64,000 nt of DNA from Desulfosoma sp. (GCA_037481835.1 JBBFKW010000008.1:96001-160000); one strand, 5' to 3'. Shown: positions 10,996-21,194, counted from the stretch's first letter. Numbers and translations are program-made. The notes: generated from the letters alone by a model not told the origin.

Positions 10996-12252
10996 GTGAG
11001 GCAGCCTTTGGGAACGTCGGCGTCCGGATCGCTCATTCGAAACACGCTGTGGATGCTGGGCGGTTTCGGGTTTCGGCTCGGGGTCCAGTTCGCCACCTTC
11101 GTCGTCGTGGCTCGGGTGCTGAAACCGGAGGCCTTCGGAGTCTTTTCGGGCTGCCTGGCCGTGGTTTCCGTGCTCGTGCCGTTCGCCACCTGGGGCACGG
11201 GAAACATCCTGATCAAGCACACGGCGCGCACCCCATCCCTGTTTTCCGCCTATTGGGGCGCGGCGCTCCTGACGGCGCTGCTTTCCGGCCTGGCCCTCAT
11301 CGCCGGCGCCGTCGGCATCGGTTTTCTTCTGTTTTCCCCGCACCTCGCCTTGACGGTCATGGCCCCCATCGCCGTGGCCGACCTTTTGGGCACGCGCTGC
11401 GCCGATCTTGCCAGCCAGGCCTTCCAGGCTCAGCAGAAGCTTTCGGGAACGTCTGTGATTTGGAGCGCCGTCAGTCTGTTGCGCCTGGCGGGGGCCGTCG
11501 CCCTCTGGGGGCTTCCCTTGGAAAAAACGGCGGCTCTGTGGTCTTTCTTCTACATGCTGAGCGGGCTCGGATCGGGCCTTTTCGGCGTCTTCTGGGTGCG
11601 CGCCCTCTGGGGCCGCGCTCACTGGTCCCTAAAGCCCCTTCGCGGGCAGTGGCGCGAAGGTTTTTATTTCGCCATCAGCCTTTCCGCCCAAGGCGCCTAC
11701 AACGACATCGACAAAACGCTTCTGCTCCGCTTCGGCACGGGGGATACGGCCGGAGCCTACGCCGCCTGTTATCGCCTTGTGGACGCCGGCTTTACTCCCA
11801 TCAAGGCCCTGCTCGCTTCCACCTACCCCCGATTCTTCCAGGAAGGGGCCAAGGGACTGGGAGCGGCGTTGCGGTTTTCGAGAAAGCTTCTCCCATGGTC
11901 CTGCGGCTATGGTATCGTGGCCTGGTTGGGCCTGGCGGTCTGCGCGCCGCTCTTTCCCTTCATTCTGGGACGGGACTACGCCATGACGCCCGCCATGATC
12001 CCCTGGTTGGCACCCCTTCTGCTCATTCGGACCGTCCATTTCCTCGCCGCGGACGCGCTGACGGGCTCGGGCTACCAGGGACATCGGAGCGCCGCCCAGG
12101 TGGGCGTGGCCGCCTTGAATCTGGCTCTGAACCTCTGGTGGATCCCGCACTACGGGTGGCTTGGGGCCGCCTGGAGCAGTCTCGTGTCCGACGGCGCTTT
12201 GGCTGTCGGGTTGTGGGTTCTGGCTTGGTTTTTGAGAAAACGCCATGGTTAA
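10996..12252 (+). CDS. Polysaccharide flippase (Wzx)
   Basis: About 12 TM helices; DIDKTLL...AGAYAACYRL motif; cluster context. Confidence 0.82.
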   Translation: MRQPLGTSASGSLIRNTLWMLGGFGFRLGVQFATFVVVARVLKPEAFGVFSGCLAVVSVLVPFATWGTGNILIKHTARTPSLFSAYWGAALLTALLSGLALIAGAVGIGFLLFSPHLALTVMAPIAVADLLGTRCADLASQAFQAQQKLSGTSVIWSAVSLLRLAGAVALWGLPLEKTAALWSFFYMLSGLGSGLFGVFWVRALWGRAHWSLKPLRGQWREGFYFAISLSAQGAYNDIDKTLLLRFGTGDTAGAYAACYRLVDAGFTPIKALLASTYPRFFQEGAKGLGAALRFSRKLLPWSCGYGIVAWLGLAVCAPLFPFILGRDYAMTPAMIPWLAPLLLIRTVHFLAADALTGSGYQGHRSAAQVGVAALNLALNLWWIPHYGWLGAAWSSLVSDGALAVGLWVLAWFLRKRHG

Positions 12253-13465
12253 GCGCCTCGGTGAATCCGCCGAAAAAATCCTGCACATGGCCGTGCTCCT
12301 GCTCCTAATGGATTTCTTCCTTCCGCTGTGGAACGAAATGCACGGCGTGGAAGACGCTCCGGGCATGGAGCCGGAGCAGCTCTTCATGGTGGGTTTCGCG
12401 TTGGCTTTCACCGCTTACGTCATAATCACGGCTCCCGGGAAGTCCTTTCGGACGGCCCTGCGCACGCCTCTTCTATGGGCCCTTCTCCTCTGGGCGGCCT
12501 TGTCCTTTTTGTGGTCCGAAGCACCAGATATGACCCTTCGGCGGACGGTCGGCGTCGCTTTGACGGCCGTCTATGCCGTCGCCTTGCGCATCCGCTTTAC
12601 CGATGAAGATTTCCTGAAGCTCTTGGGATGGACCGCTTTGGTCGCCTTGGTGACGAGCCTTGTTTTAGTGCCGGTGGCGCCCCACTGGGCCGTCATGGAG
12701 TTTCCTCACGAAGGGGCATGGAACGGCGCCTTTCTCCACAAAAACGTGCTTGGTCGCATCGCCGCCTTGGGGATCCTCTTTTTCGCTTTTCTCCGCTGGA
12801 TCGATGACCGCCCCCCTTTGTGGAACGGGGCTCTGGCCCTTGCGGCCCTGTGCCTATGGCGTAGCGAATCCGCCACGTCACTGGTGCTTGTGTGCGCTTT
12901 GGCGGCAATGGGCGTCGCCCTTCGGGAACTGCGAAAAAGGACGAGGTGGAGCGGTTCCACGGTGCTCGTCGTCGCCTTGGGATTGGCCACGGCGGGGTAT
13001 TACGCCGTGTTAAATTTCGACCTCATCCTCCAACTCCTCAGGCGGGACGTCACCTTGACGGGACGCACCCCACTGTGGGCGGTGCTTTTGCCCATGCTCC
13101 GGGACCGATTCTGGACCGGGTACGGCTTTCGCGCTTTTTGGCTGGGCTGGGACGGGCCGTCCGCCGAAGTCTACAAGGTCATGACCTGGTTTCCGGAACA
13201 TGCCCACAACGGCTTCTTGGACTTGTGGCTTGAATTGGGATTTGTGGGAGTGATCCTGGGCTTGGGCCTTGTGCTCAGTCCCCTCGCCTTCCACGGGCGA
13301 GCCGCCGTGCAAGGGAAACCGTTGGCGATCTTCTGGGTGCTTCTCGGCTTGTTCGTTTTGTTCTATAACCTGCCGGAGTCCTATTTCATGAGACCGAACA
13401 GTATCCTCTGGCTTTTGGCCGTCGCCGCGGCCACGGCGCCGGAGACGCAGGAAAAGGGTTCGTGA
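12245..13465 (+). CDS. O-antigen ligase / Wzy polymerase family protein (ExoQ-like)
   Basis: Multi-TM; HKNVLG, TLTGRTPLW, HAHNGFLDLWLELG. Confidence 0.82.
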   Translation: MVKRLGESAEKILHMAVLLLLMDFFLPLWNEMHGVEDAPGMEPEQLFMVGFALAFTAYVIITAPGKSFRTALRTPLLWALLLWAALSFLWSEAPDMTLRRTVGVALTAVYAVALRIRFTDEDFLKLLGWTALVALVTSLVLVPVAPHWAVMEFPHEGAWNGAFLHKNVLGRIAALGILFFAFLRWIDDRPPLWNGALALAALCLWRSESATSLVLVCALAAMGVALRELRKRTRWSGSTVLVVALGLATAGYYAVLNFDLILQLLRRDVTLTGRTPLWAVLLPMLRDRFWTGYGFRAFWLGWDGPSAEVYKVMTWFPEHAHNGFLDLWLELGFVGVILGLGLVLSPLAFHGRAAVQGKPLAIFWVLLGLFVLFYNLPESYFMRPNSILWLLAVAAATAPETQEKGS

Positions 13466-14622
13466 TGCCTCGCCCCCGCATTTTGGTTTATAGGGACCAT
13501 CTGCTTCCCTTGAGTGAGACCTTTGTGGTGAACCAGACTCTGGGACTGGAAAGCTTCGAGGCCTTCCTGATCGGCTCCAAGCCCGGCCCGCCTCCCCGCA
13601 TTCCTCTTCCCGAATCTCGACGGCGCCTGATCAACCCGGGGGGGCGCCGCGGTTTCCTAAGGGAAGTCCTTTTCAAGTTCTTCGGCATCATTCCCAAGGA
13701 CATTTGGGAGTGGTGCCGATCCTTGAAGCCCGTTCTCGTCCATGCCCATTTCGGCCCGGACGGGACTTTGGCCATGCCCCTGGCGCAACGGCTCGGTGTG
13801 CCGCTCATCGTGAGTTACCACGGAAGCGACGCCACGGTGAAAGACGAGTACGCCTGGGGCTCTGTTGTGGGCCACCGGCTCTACAGGCTTCGCCGCAAGA
13901 AACTGGGGCGCACGGCACGGGCCTTCGTGACCCCGAGCCGCTTCGTCAAGACCATGGCCGTGGCGCGCCAAGGCATTCCCGAAGGAAAGATCGTCGTCAT
14001 CCCTCACGGCATCGACGTGGAGAACTTCCGACCAGGGCCTGAGCCGGAATACGGCCGGATTCTCTTCGTCGGGCGCCTCGTGGAACTCAAAGGGCTGCAC
14101 CATCTCATCGAAGCCGTCTCCCGGATCCGGTCCTCTTTTCCCCGAGCCCACCTGGTGGTCGTGGGGGACGGTCCGGAAAGAGCCTTCTACCAGAACCTGG
14201 CAGAACGAAAGCTCGGCCGGTCCTGCACCTTCGTCGGCGCGCAGCCGCATCACGTGGTCCGGGAACAGATGCAGAAGGCGTATGTGTTTGCCATGCCGAG
14301 CATCAGCATGCCCAACGGCGAAGCGGAAAGTTTCGGCATGGTGTTCCTGGAGGCTCAAGCCTGCGCGGTGCCCGTGGCGGCTTATGCTGTCGGGGGGATT
14401 CCGGAAGTGGTGGCCCACGGGAAAACAGGATTTCTTGCCGACGAAGGGGATGTGGCGGCCCTTTCGCAATACCTCAAGACTTTTCTCGAAAATCCCGATC
14501 TCAGGAATGCCATGGGCCGAGCGGGTCGGGAGTGGGTGGAAACCCGTTTCGACCGGAGACGGCAAAATCAGGAGTTGGAAAATCTGTACCGAAAGGTCTG
14601 CAGGGAAGGCGGATCGGCATGA
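13465..14622 (+). CDS. Glycosyltransferase family 4
   Basis: HAHFGPDG, FVGRLVELKG, ESFGMVFLEAQA, GGIPEVV. Confidence 0.88.
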   Translation: MPRPRILVYRDHLLPLSETFVVNQTLGLESFEAFLIGSKPGPPPRIPLPESRRRLINPGGRRGFLREVLFKFFGIIPKDIWEWCRSLKPVLVHAHFGPDGTLAMPLAQRLGVPLIVSYHGSDATVKDEYAWGSVVGHRLYRLRRKKLGRTARAFVTPSRFVKTMAVARQGIPEGKIVVIPHGIDVENFRPGPEPEYGRILFVGRLVELKGLHHLIEAVSRIRSSFPRAHLVVVGDGPERAFYQNLAERKLGRSCTFVGAQPHHVVREQMQKAYVFAMPSISMPNGEAESFGMVFLEAQACAVPVAAYAVGGIPEVVAHGKTGFLADEGDVAALSQYLKTFLENPDLRNAMGRAGREWVETRFDRRRQNQELENLYRKVCREGGSA

Positions 14623-15812
14623 AACCAGGCACACTGGGTTATCTTTCGGGAGCTCCGCGCGTTTCCACCCGGCCGGAAGCGGAAGCGAGCGGCCCCAAGT
14701 CCCATATCCTTGGCTTTATCGGAGCCTTCCGGAAGCTTGGCTGGGAGGTTCGCCCGTTCATCGTGGGCGATCGCATGCCCGCCGGATGGGTCGGTTCGGG
14801 ATCGGAACGGAAACTGCGCCGCGGCGTTTTCCATCGCACCGCCGCCGATATGGTGCGCCTGGCTTTGGCATGGCGCAACCGGCAGGCCGCCTGGAAAGAA
14901 ATCGGCTCTGTGGACTGGGTCTATGAGCGCTTCGGGGTGTTTCAATCCTTGGGGCGCGCTTTTCAGCGCAGAGGGATCCCGTGGATTCTGGAAACCAACG
15001 GCCCGTTTTTCTATGAGGCCAAAACGGAGCGGCGAAGCATTGCCCTGAGCACCATAGCGCGCCGTCTGGAAATCCAGGCGTACCGCGACTGCGATGTGCT
15101 CGTGTGCATCACGAGCCCCCTTCGGGACATCATCGTGCGGGAAGCCGGTGTCCCGGAAGACAAGATCGTTCTCGTCCCCAACGGCGTGGACACCGAACGG
15201 TTCCATCCGTCCAAGGCCGATGGAGCCCGCTATTTTCCCATGCCGACCTTAGGCTTCGTGGGAAGCCTCATCGCCTGGCAGGGACTGGACCGGCTGATCA
15301 CGGCGCTTGCAGAACTCAGGGCGGAGGGGACGGACTGGGCGCTTGTCGTCGCCGGGGACGGCCCCGAGCGCGCCGCCTGGGAAAAGCTCGCTCGGAACCT
15401 GGGCTTGGAAGACCGGGTTCTCTTTCTGGGGAGCGTCCCGTGGGAGCAAGTGCCCTCGGTGCTCGGGCGCATCGATGTGGGCTACTCCGGGCAGGTCCCT
15501 CTCAAAATCGGCGCCATGTATCATTCCCCGCTGAAGCTTTACGAGTATCTCGCCATGGGTAAGCCGGTCATCGCCGCGGCTTACGAAGACGCCCTGCGCG
15601 TCGTCGAACCCCGCCAAACGGGGTACCTCTTCGCGCCGGACTCCATGGCCGAACTGAAGGCGGTGCTGAAGGAAGCCCTCCGAAACCGGGATCACTGGGA
15701 GGCCATGGGCGCCACGGCCCGGCAGCACGTGATGAGCCGGCACGGTTGGGAAGCGCGCGTCACCCATCTCGTCAAAGAGGTGGAACGCATCGTGGGTGGA
15801 AAAGGAACGTGA
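14619..15812 (+). CDS. Glycosyltransferase family 4
   Basis: PNGVDTERF, GFVGSL, SPLKLYEYLAMGKPV. Confidence 0.88.
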   Translation: MKPGTLGYLSGAPRVSTRPEAEASGPKSHILGFIGAFRKLGWEVRPFIVGDRMPAGWVGSGSERKLRRGVFHRTAADMVRLALAWRNRQAAWKEIGSVDWVYERFGVFQSLGRAFQRRGIPWILETNGPFFYEAKTERRSIALSTIARRLEIQAYRDCDVLVCITSPLRDIIVREAGVPEDKIVLVPNGVDTERFHPSKADGARYFPMPTLGFVGSLIAWQGLDRLITALAELRAEGTDWALVVAGDGPERAAWEKLARNLGLEDRVLFLGSVPWEQVPSVLGRIDVGYSGQVPLKIGAMYHSPLKLYEYLAMGKPVIAAAYEDALRVVEPRQTGYLFAPDSMAELKAVLKEALRNRDHWEAMGATARQHVMSRHGWEARVTHLVKEVERIVGGKGT

Positions 15813-16579
15813 TGGAATCCGTTCGTTTTTTGGGCGTTACGGTGCATCGGCTGACGACCGACGAACTCACGAGGTGCGTCGTGCAAGCGGTGGAAGACGG
15901 GCGAAAGATCGTGGTGGGAAACCACAACCTCCACAGCGTTTACCTCTACCACCACAACCCGCGCTTCCGCGCTTTTTGCGATGCCGCCCACATCATCCAC
16001 GTGGACGGCATGTCCTTGGTCATGCTGGCCAAAATCCTGGGCGTTCCCTTGAGCGGGGCCCATCGCACAACCTACGTGGATTGGGTTTTCCCGCTCATGC
16101 GCGAAGCCGCCCGCAGGCACTATCGGGTCTTTCACTTGGGCGGCCGCCCCGGTGTGGGCGAAAAGGCCGCGGCGGTGCTGCGCGAAGCGGCTCCGGGACT
16201 GGACATCCAAACCCACCACGGATACTTCGACGTGACCGGGCCGGACAATGACGCCGTGCTCCAAGTCATCACCCGCTATCGCCCCCACATCCTCATGGTC
16301 GGAATGGGCATGCCCCGGCAGGAATCCTGGATTTTGGACAACTTCCACGCCCTCCACACCCACGTGATCCTCAATTCGGGGGCGTGTTTTGATTTTGTGG
16401 CCGGCGTGGTTCCCATGCCCCCCAGATGGCTCGGCCGCGTGGGCCTGGAATGGCTTTACCGGCTCATGAGCGAGCCAAGACGCTTGTGGAAAAGGTATCT
16501 CGTGGAACCTTTCTACCTAACCGGGCTTGTGGCGGCCGAATTCGCGACCCGCCGAATTCTTCGCCGGCCCAACCATTGA
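15812..16579 (+). CDS. WecB/TagA/CpsF family glycosyltransferase (GT26)
   Basis: VDGM, HHGYFD, VGMGMPRQE, GLEWLYRLMSEPRRLWKRY. Confidence 0.9.
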   Translation: MESVRFLGVTVHRLTTDELTRCVVQAVEDGRKIVVGNHNLHSVYLYHHNPRFRAFCDAAHIIHVDGMSLVMLAKILGVPLSGAHRTTYVDWVFPLMREAARRHYRVFHLGGRPGVGEKAAAVLREAAPGLDIQTHHGYFDVTGPDNDAVLQVITRYRPHILMVGMGMPRQESWILDNFHALHTHVILNSGACFDFVAGVVPMPPRWLGRVGLEWLYRLMSEPRRLWKRYLVEPFYLTGLVAAEFATRRILRRPNH

Positions 16580-16591
16580 GGACGAACCCCT

Positions 16592-17983
16592 ATGAGTGAG
16601 GGACGCCTTCGCTCTTACGAACCGCTGCTCATCTCCACCCATCGGGTTGTGGACCCGCTGGTCGCCGCTCTCGTGTTTCTGGCCTTGAGCGTCTTCTACG
16701 GCACGTACCATGAACCCCTGTATCCGGCGGCCGCCAGTGTCATCTTCCTTCAGGGCTTCGGGATCTTCCACCTCGCCGGCATTTATCGATCCTGGCGGGG
16801 CACCCCCTTGCGCCATGAGCTGTACCGCATGCTCCTGGGCTGCCTGATCCTTTTCAGCAGTTCCCTTATCCTCGCTTACGCCCTCAAACTGAGCACCATC
16901 TACGAACGCAACGTCGTCCTGTCCTGGATGATCTTCTTGCCGATCCTCCTGTGTTCCGAAAGGGTGGTGCTGCGCACCATCGTGCGCCGGTTGCGGGCCA
17001 AGGGGTGGAATTTGCGCAGCGCCGTCGTGGCGGGCCGGGGTCATCTGGCCGAGCAGCTCATCGCCTGGTTTCGGGAAAACCCGTGGATCGGTGCCCAGAT
17101 CGTCGGGTTTTTCGACGACAAGAGCGACACTCCCTTGGACAGTCTTCCCTACCTGGGGCCGCTCATGGATCTGCCTCAGTACGTCAAGGAAAAGAACATT
17201 CATCAGGTCTACCTCGCTCTGCCCACCAAGGCTTATGAAAAGACGGAATGGCTCGTGCGGGAACTGGCCGACACGACAGCTTCGGTCTTTGTGGTGCCTG
17301 ACGTCTTTCTCTTGGATGTTTTCCTCGGCGGTCACATCATCCGGCTGGACAATATGGCCTTCGTCGGTCTTTGGGACTCACCGCACATCGGGGTCAACAA
17401 CCTGCTCAAACGCACGGAAGACCTCATTCTGGGCAGCCTGGCCCTTCTCATGGCTGCGCCCGTCATGGCCGTGATCGCCGTCCTGGTCAAACTCACCTCC
17501 CCCGGCCCGATTCTTTTCAAGCAATGGCGATACGGCTTGGACGGCCAACCCATCAAGGTCTACAAGTTCCGGACGATGACCGTGTGCGAAGACGGGTATG
17601 CCTTCAAACAGGCCACGAAAGGAGATCCCCGCGTCACGCCGCTGGGCCGTTTCCTGCGGAAGAGCTCCTTGGACGAACTGCCCCAGCTCATCAACGTCAT
17701 TCAGGGGCGGTTGTCCCTCGTCGGCCCCAGGCCTCATCCCGTGGCCTTGAACGAAGAATTCCGCAAGAAAGTCTTCGGCTATATGCTTCGCCACAAGGTT
17801 CGACCCGGCATCACCGGGTTGGCGCAAATCAAGGGGTGGCGCGGGGAAACGGACACGCTGGAAAAGATGCAAAAGCGGGTGGAATTCGACCTGGAGTACC
17901 TGCGCTCCTGGTCTCTGTGGCTCGACATCAAGATCCTTTTCCTGACCGTCTTTCAAGTCTGGAAGAGCGAAAACGCCTACTGA
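16592..17983 (+). CDS. wcaJ: Undecaprenyl-phosphate glucose phosphotransferase (WcaJ-type initiating transferase)
   Basis: KFRTM, DPRVTPLGRFLRKSSLDELPQ, SLVGPRPH, VRPGITGLAQ, DLEYLRSWS. Confidence 0.88.
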   Translation: MSEGRLRSYEPLLISTHRVVDPLVAALVFLALSVFYGTYHEPLYPAAASVIFLQGFGIFHLAGIYRSWRGTPLRHELYRMLLGCLILFSSSLILAYALKLSTIYERNVVLSWMIFLPILLCSERVVLRTIVRRLRAKGWNLRSAVVAGRGHLAEQLIAWFRENPWIGAQIVGFFDDKSDTPLDSLPYLGPLMDLPQYVKEKNIHQVYLALPTKAYEKTEWLVRELADTTASVFVVPDVFLLDVFLGGHIIRLDNMAFVGLWDSPHIGVNNLLKRTEDLILGSLALLMAAPVMAVIAVLVKLTSPGPILFKQWRYGLDGQPIKVYKFRTMTVCEDGYAFKQATKGDPRVTPLGRFLRKSSLDELPQLINVIQGRLSLVGPRPHPVALNEEFRKKVFGYMLRHKVRPGITGLAQIKGWRGETDTLEKMQKRVEFDLEYLRSWSLWLDIKILFLTVFQVWKSENAY

Positions 17984-18031
17984 TCTCGTTGAAGGGCTTG
18001 ACGCGGCGGACGTCAGCCAAAGGAGAGCCTC

Positions 18032-19126
18032 ATGGCGCACAGGAATGGTCCCCGATGGTGGCTCGTTCCCCTTTTCCTCCTTGCCGGCGTGGCCTGGGCG
18101 ATGGCTTCGGCCCCTTCGGGAGGGGGTTCCAAGGAATCCTACCCGTGCCAAGATTGTCTGGCCACCCCCCAGTGGCTCTTGGAACACCAGGGTGATCCCC
18201 ACGTCGTGATCGTGGATGTCCGGGATGACAAAGATCTGGACGGGCGGTTCATCCCCGGAGCCGTCCGGCTCCCCTGGAAGAGCTTCCAGCGCCACGACAC
18301 GGTGCGGGGCGTGGGAGCGGTCTTCGTGGGTGCGGCCGAGGCCCAGGAGATCCTCGGCCGGGCGGGCATCTCGCGGACGGACACGGTCCTTCTCTATGAT
18401 TCCGTGGCCCAAGACGGCGGGGCCACGGCTTCCTATGTCTTCTGGGTGCTGGACTACCTGGGGCATCCGTCCAAGAGGATCCTGGAAAGGGGCATCGATG
18501 GCTGGGTGGAAGCCGGGGGCACCGTGGTGAAGGAGCCGGCTCGGCGCGAACCCGTCTTCTATCAGGCCCCAACCGAGGAAATTCAAGTGCTGCGCTTGGT
18601 GGACGGCTCCTTCGTTCAGAGTCGGCTGGGCGATCCCTATTACCAGATCCTGGATGTGCGATCCTCGGAAGAATACCTGGGAGCCAAACAAAATACCGGT
18701 TTGGACGGAAGCCCGCTGGCTCCCGGACATATCCCGGGTGCCTACAACGTGGACTACCGCTCCAACTGGCGGGACGCCGCCACCAAGGCCCTTCGTCCCT
18801 ACTCCGAACTTCAAAAACTCTACGCCGGACTCGACCCCAACCGGGCGGTCATCGTCTATTGCCATTCGGGACGGCGCGCCTCCTTCGGCTATTTCACGCT
18901 GCGCCTCATGGGCTTCCGGGACGTGCGCCTCTACGAAGCCTCGTGGAACGAATGGGGAAACAGCCGCTTTTACTATCCGGTGGAAACCAAGGCCAATGGG
19001 TTGGAAGGCGCCCTTCCCATGCCCACGGCCGCTCCCGCCGCCCCGGTGAAGACCCCGCAGCCCGCGGAAGAAAAGCGCGAAACCCGGCCCGCGTCGTCCA
19101 GCGGCTACGTTTCCTGCGGAGGGTGA
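18032..19126 (+). CDS. Exported tandem-domain rhodanese sulfurtransferase
   Basis: Signal peptide; two rhodanese domains (IVDVR/IPGA; ILDVR...GHIPGA); active site YCHSGRRA; YEASWNEW; C-terminal tail ends GYVSCGG. Confidence 0.88.
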   Translation: MAHRNGPRWWLVPLFLLAGVAWAMASAPSGGGSKESYPCQDCLATPQWLLEHQGDPHVVIVDVRDDKDLDGRFIPGAVRLPWKSFQRHDTVRGVGAVFVGAAEAQEILGRAGISRTDTVLLYDSVAQDGGATASYVFWVLDYLGHPSKRILERGIDGWVEAGGTVVKEPARREPVFYQAPTEEIQVLRLVDGSFVQSRLGDPYYQILDVRSSEEYLGAKQNTGLDGSPLAPGHIPGAYNVDYRSNWRDAATKALRPYSELQKLYAGLDPNRAVIVYCHSGRRASFGYFTLRLMGFRDVRLYEASWNEWGNSRFYYPVETKANGLEGALPMPTAAPAAPVKTPQPAEEKRETRPASSSGYVSCGG

Positions 19127-19132
19127 AAAACG

Positions 19133-19687
19133 ATGGAGAAAAAGCCCATGATCCGAAACGCGGTCTCCGAGGAGACGGCGCACACCTGGCCGGTGATGCC
19201 GGCGGCTCTGGCCCTGGCGGGCATCATCGCCTTCATCTTCGCCACCTTCGGCCCCCCGGCCTCTTCCAGCGGGTTCGTAAGTCTCCTCAAGGGCTTTCTG
19301 GGGCCGATCCTTCCCGACTACATCGCCCAAAAGGAACATTACCGGATCATCCCGGGGCCGGGCTCGTGGCTCTTCGCCTTCGTCCTGGGCATGGCGGCGG
19401 GCGGATTTCTTGGCGGTCTCACCCTGGGAAAGCCCATTCAAAATGTTCCGGCCTTGTGGGAGCGGCGTTTCGGTGCGCGGCCGGCTCTTCGCTATGCCGT
19501 GTCCTTTTTGGGCGGCTTCCTCATCCTTTTCGGAGCGCGCCTGGCCGGCGGGTGCACCCTGGGGCTCTTCATTTCCGGATCCACCCAGCTCGCCGTAAGC
19601 GGCCTCTACTTCGGAGCGGTCATCTTCGTCGTCGCTATGATCACTGCCCGCCTGGTATACGGGTCTCCAAAGGGAGGAAAGAAATGA
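19133..19687 (+). CDS. YeeE/YedE family sulfur-compound transporter half (PmpA/B-like)
   Basis: Hydrophobic; FGARLAGGCTLG motif. Confidence 0.83.
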   Translation: MEKKPMIRNAVSEETAHTWPVMPAALALAGIIAFIFATFGPPASSSGFVSLLKGFLGPILPDYIAQKEHYRIIPGPGSWLFAFVLGMAAGGFLGGLTLGKPIQNVPALWERRFGARPALRYAVSFLGGFLILFGARLAGGCTLGLFISGSTQLAVSGLYFGAVIFVVAMITARLVYGSPKGGKK

Positions 19688-20226
19688 CGCAGGTCCTGCT
19701 GGGGCTCTTTTCAGGACTCGCCTTCGGGTTCGTCATCCAACGGATGGGGGCCACGGACCCCGACAAGATGGCCCGGGCGCACCTCATGATGGAGCCCCAA
19801 ATCCCCCAGTTCATGATGCTGGCGGTGGCCTTTTCCGCCCTGGGCCTGGCGGGCCTCCAGGCCGTGGGGGTGGGCCGAACGGTGATTCTGCCCACCAGTC
19901 TTGTCGCCACGGGAACCGCCGCGGTGCTCTTCGGCATCGGGTGGGGCCTGTGCGGGTATTGTCCCGGAACCTGCTGGGCCGCTGCGGGGGAAGGACGCCT
20001 GGACGCGGTCTTCGCCCTGCTGGGAGGACTCGCGGGAACGGCCGTCTTCGCCCATTTCCACGAACGGATCATCCCGGCGCTCTACCTTCCCACCAACAAG
20101 GGGCCGCTCGCCCTCACCGACTGGATGGGAAACCGCTTCGCCGCGGCGGGTCTTCTGGCTGCTGCCTTTGCAGCCGCCGCCTGGATCATCGGCCGGGTCT
20201 GGAAAGCGGAAAGCGACGAATCATAG
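19684..20226 (+). CDS. YeeE/YedE family sulfur-compound transporter half
   Basis: GLAFGFVIQR; FGIGWGLCGYCPGT motif; ATGA overlap with the previous gene. Confidence 0.83.
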   Translation: MTQVLLGLFSGLAFGFVIQRMGATDPDKMARAHLMMEPQIPQFMMLAVAFSALGLAGLQAVGVGRTVILPTSLVATGTAAVLFGIGWGLCGYCPGTCWAAAGEGRLDAVFALLGGLAGTAVFAHFHERIIPALYLPTNKGPLALTDWMGNRFAAAGLLAAAFAAAAWIIGRVWKAESDES

Positions 20227-20367
20227 AGCGCGCGGGAAGATCCTCTGAAGCGTGGGGGCTCATCCGGCAACTTAAGATTCAACAATACCGAAACCTCATG
20301 GCACGGTTCATGACGTGGAGGGCGGCCGTGGGGGTCATTTGCCGGGTCTTGAATGCGCCAAGAGGCG

Positions 20368-20991
20368 ATGCGAAAGAAGAGATTGAACATCCGGTGTTTT
20401 TGGGGGCTGGTGCTGTGCCTCCTGTGGGGCTGCTCCGACGGAAGGGCGACGCAGGGTGCATCCCTTGAGGTGCCGAGGGGCTACGCGCCGGTTCTGGAAT
20501 TCGTCCACAATGGGCGGCTCTTTCGCTTCGGGCCCTTCGTGGGGTACTACTTCCGCCCGGACGTTCCGGGAGAGATGCGCCGCATCCGCCTGGTCTGCTT
20601 CAACGAACAAAAATTTTATTCATCGGACGCTCCCGAAAACGCCCTGCTCTACGAAGGCGACGGGGTTCTCACCGATCTCCCCCCCGCCGAAGCGCCCCTT
20701 CCCCGAGGAGAGGAGAGGATCCAACCCGTCTTTTTCCCGGACGCCCCCGCGGCGTGGCTCGAGTCGCGCCCTGAACCCCGCGACGCCTATGTGCACTTCC
20801 ATTCGTGCCACGACGCTTCGGGCCCGGTCTTCACCGGCTTTTGGATCCGGCACGTGGCTGTTCGTGATTTTACCTACGACATGGGCGGCCGCGTAGGGCC
20901 CGGAAGCCCTCTCTACCATCCGGTGCGCAAGGGAGAAGACAGGAACTTCGCCCGGATCATCGAGTTCGACCGCGGCAAGGAAAGACCGTAA
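20368..20991 (+). CDS. Hypothetical lipoprotein
   Basis: Basic N-terminus, hydrophobic stretch and LWGC lipobox. Confidence 0.6.
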   Translation: MRKKRLNIRCFWGLVLCLLWGCSDGRATQGASLEVPRGYAPVLEFVHNGRLFRFGPFVGYYFRPDVPGEMRRIRLVCFNEQKFYSSDAPENALLYEGDGVLTDLPPAEAPLPRGEERIQPVFFPDAPAAWLESRPEPRDAYVHFHSCHDASGPVFTGFWIRHVAVRDFTYDMGGRVGPGSPLYHPVRKGEDRNFARIIEFDRGKERP

Positions 20992-20999
20992 AGGGAGCC

Positions 21000-21191
21000 A
21001 TGGGAAGCTTGGCTGATCCTTCCCTTGAGGTAATCCTTTAGACACTCTCGGAAATCTTCGGCGATCCACAACAGGGTCTCGAACTTCGAGAAGAGTTTGA
21101 AGTCGAACTTCGGCGAACTCTTGATGCGGATGACACACGCCAGACCAGACCCGCACAGGAAATTGCCGCGAGACTCGGACTCACGTGGTGA
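21000..21191 (+). pseudogene. Antitoxin-like gene with an in-frame TAG at 21039-21041
   Basis: MGSLADPSLEVIL*TLSEIFGDPQQGLELREEFEVELRR...RPAQEIAARLGLTW*; GGAG RBS; ends 3 nt before a RelE-like gene. Confidence 0.65.
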
Positions 21192-21194
21192 GAT

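Noticed and set aside
20255..20300. LIRQLKIQQYRNL fragment resembling an ATPase N-terminus
   Set aside because: Too short, with no start signal or continuation; may be chance.
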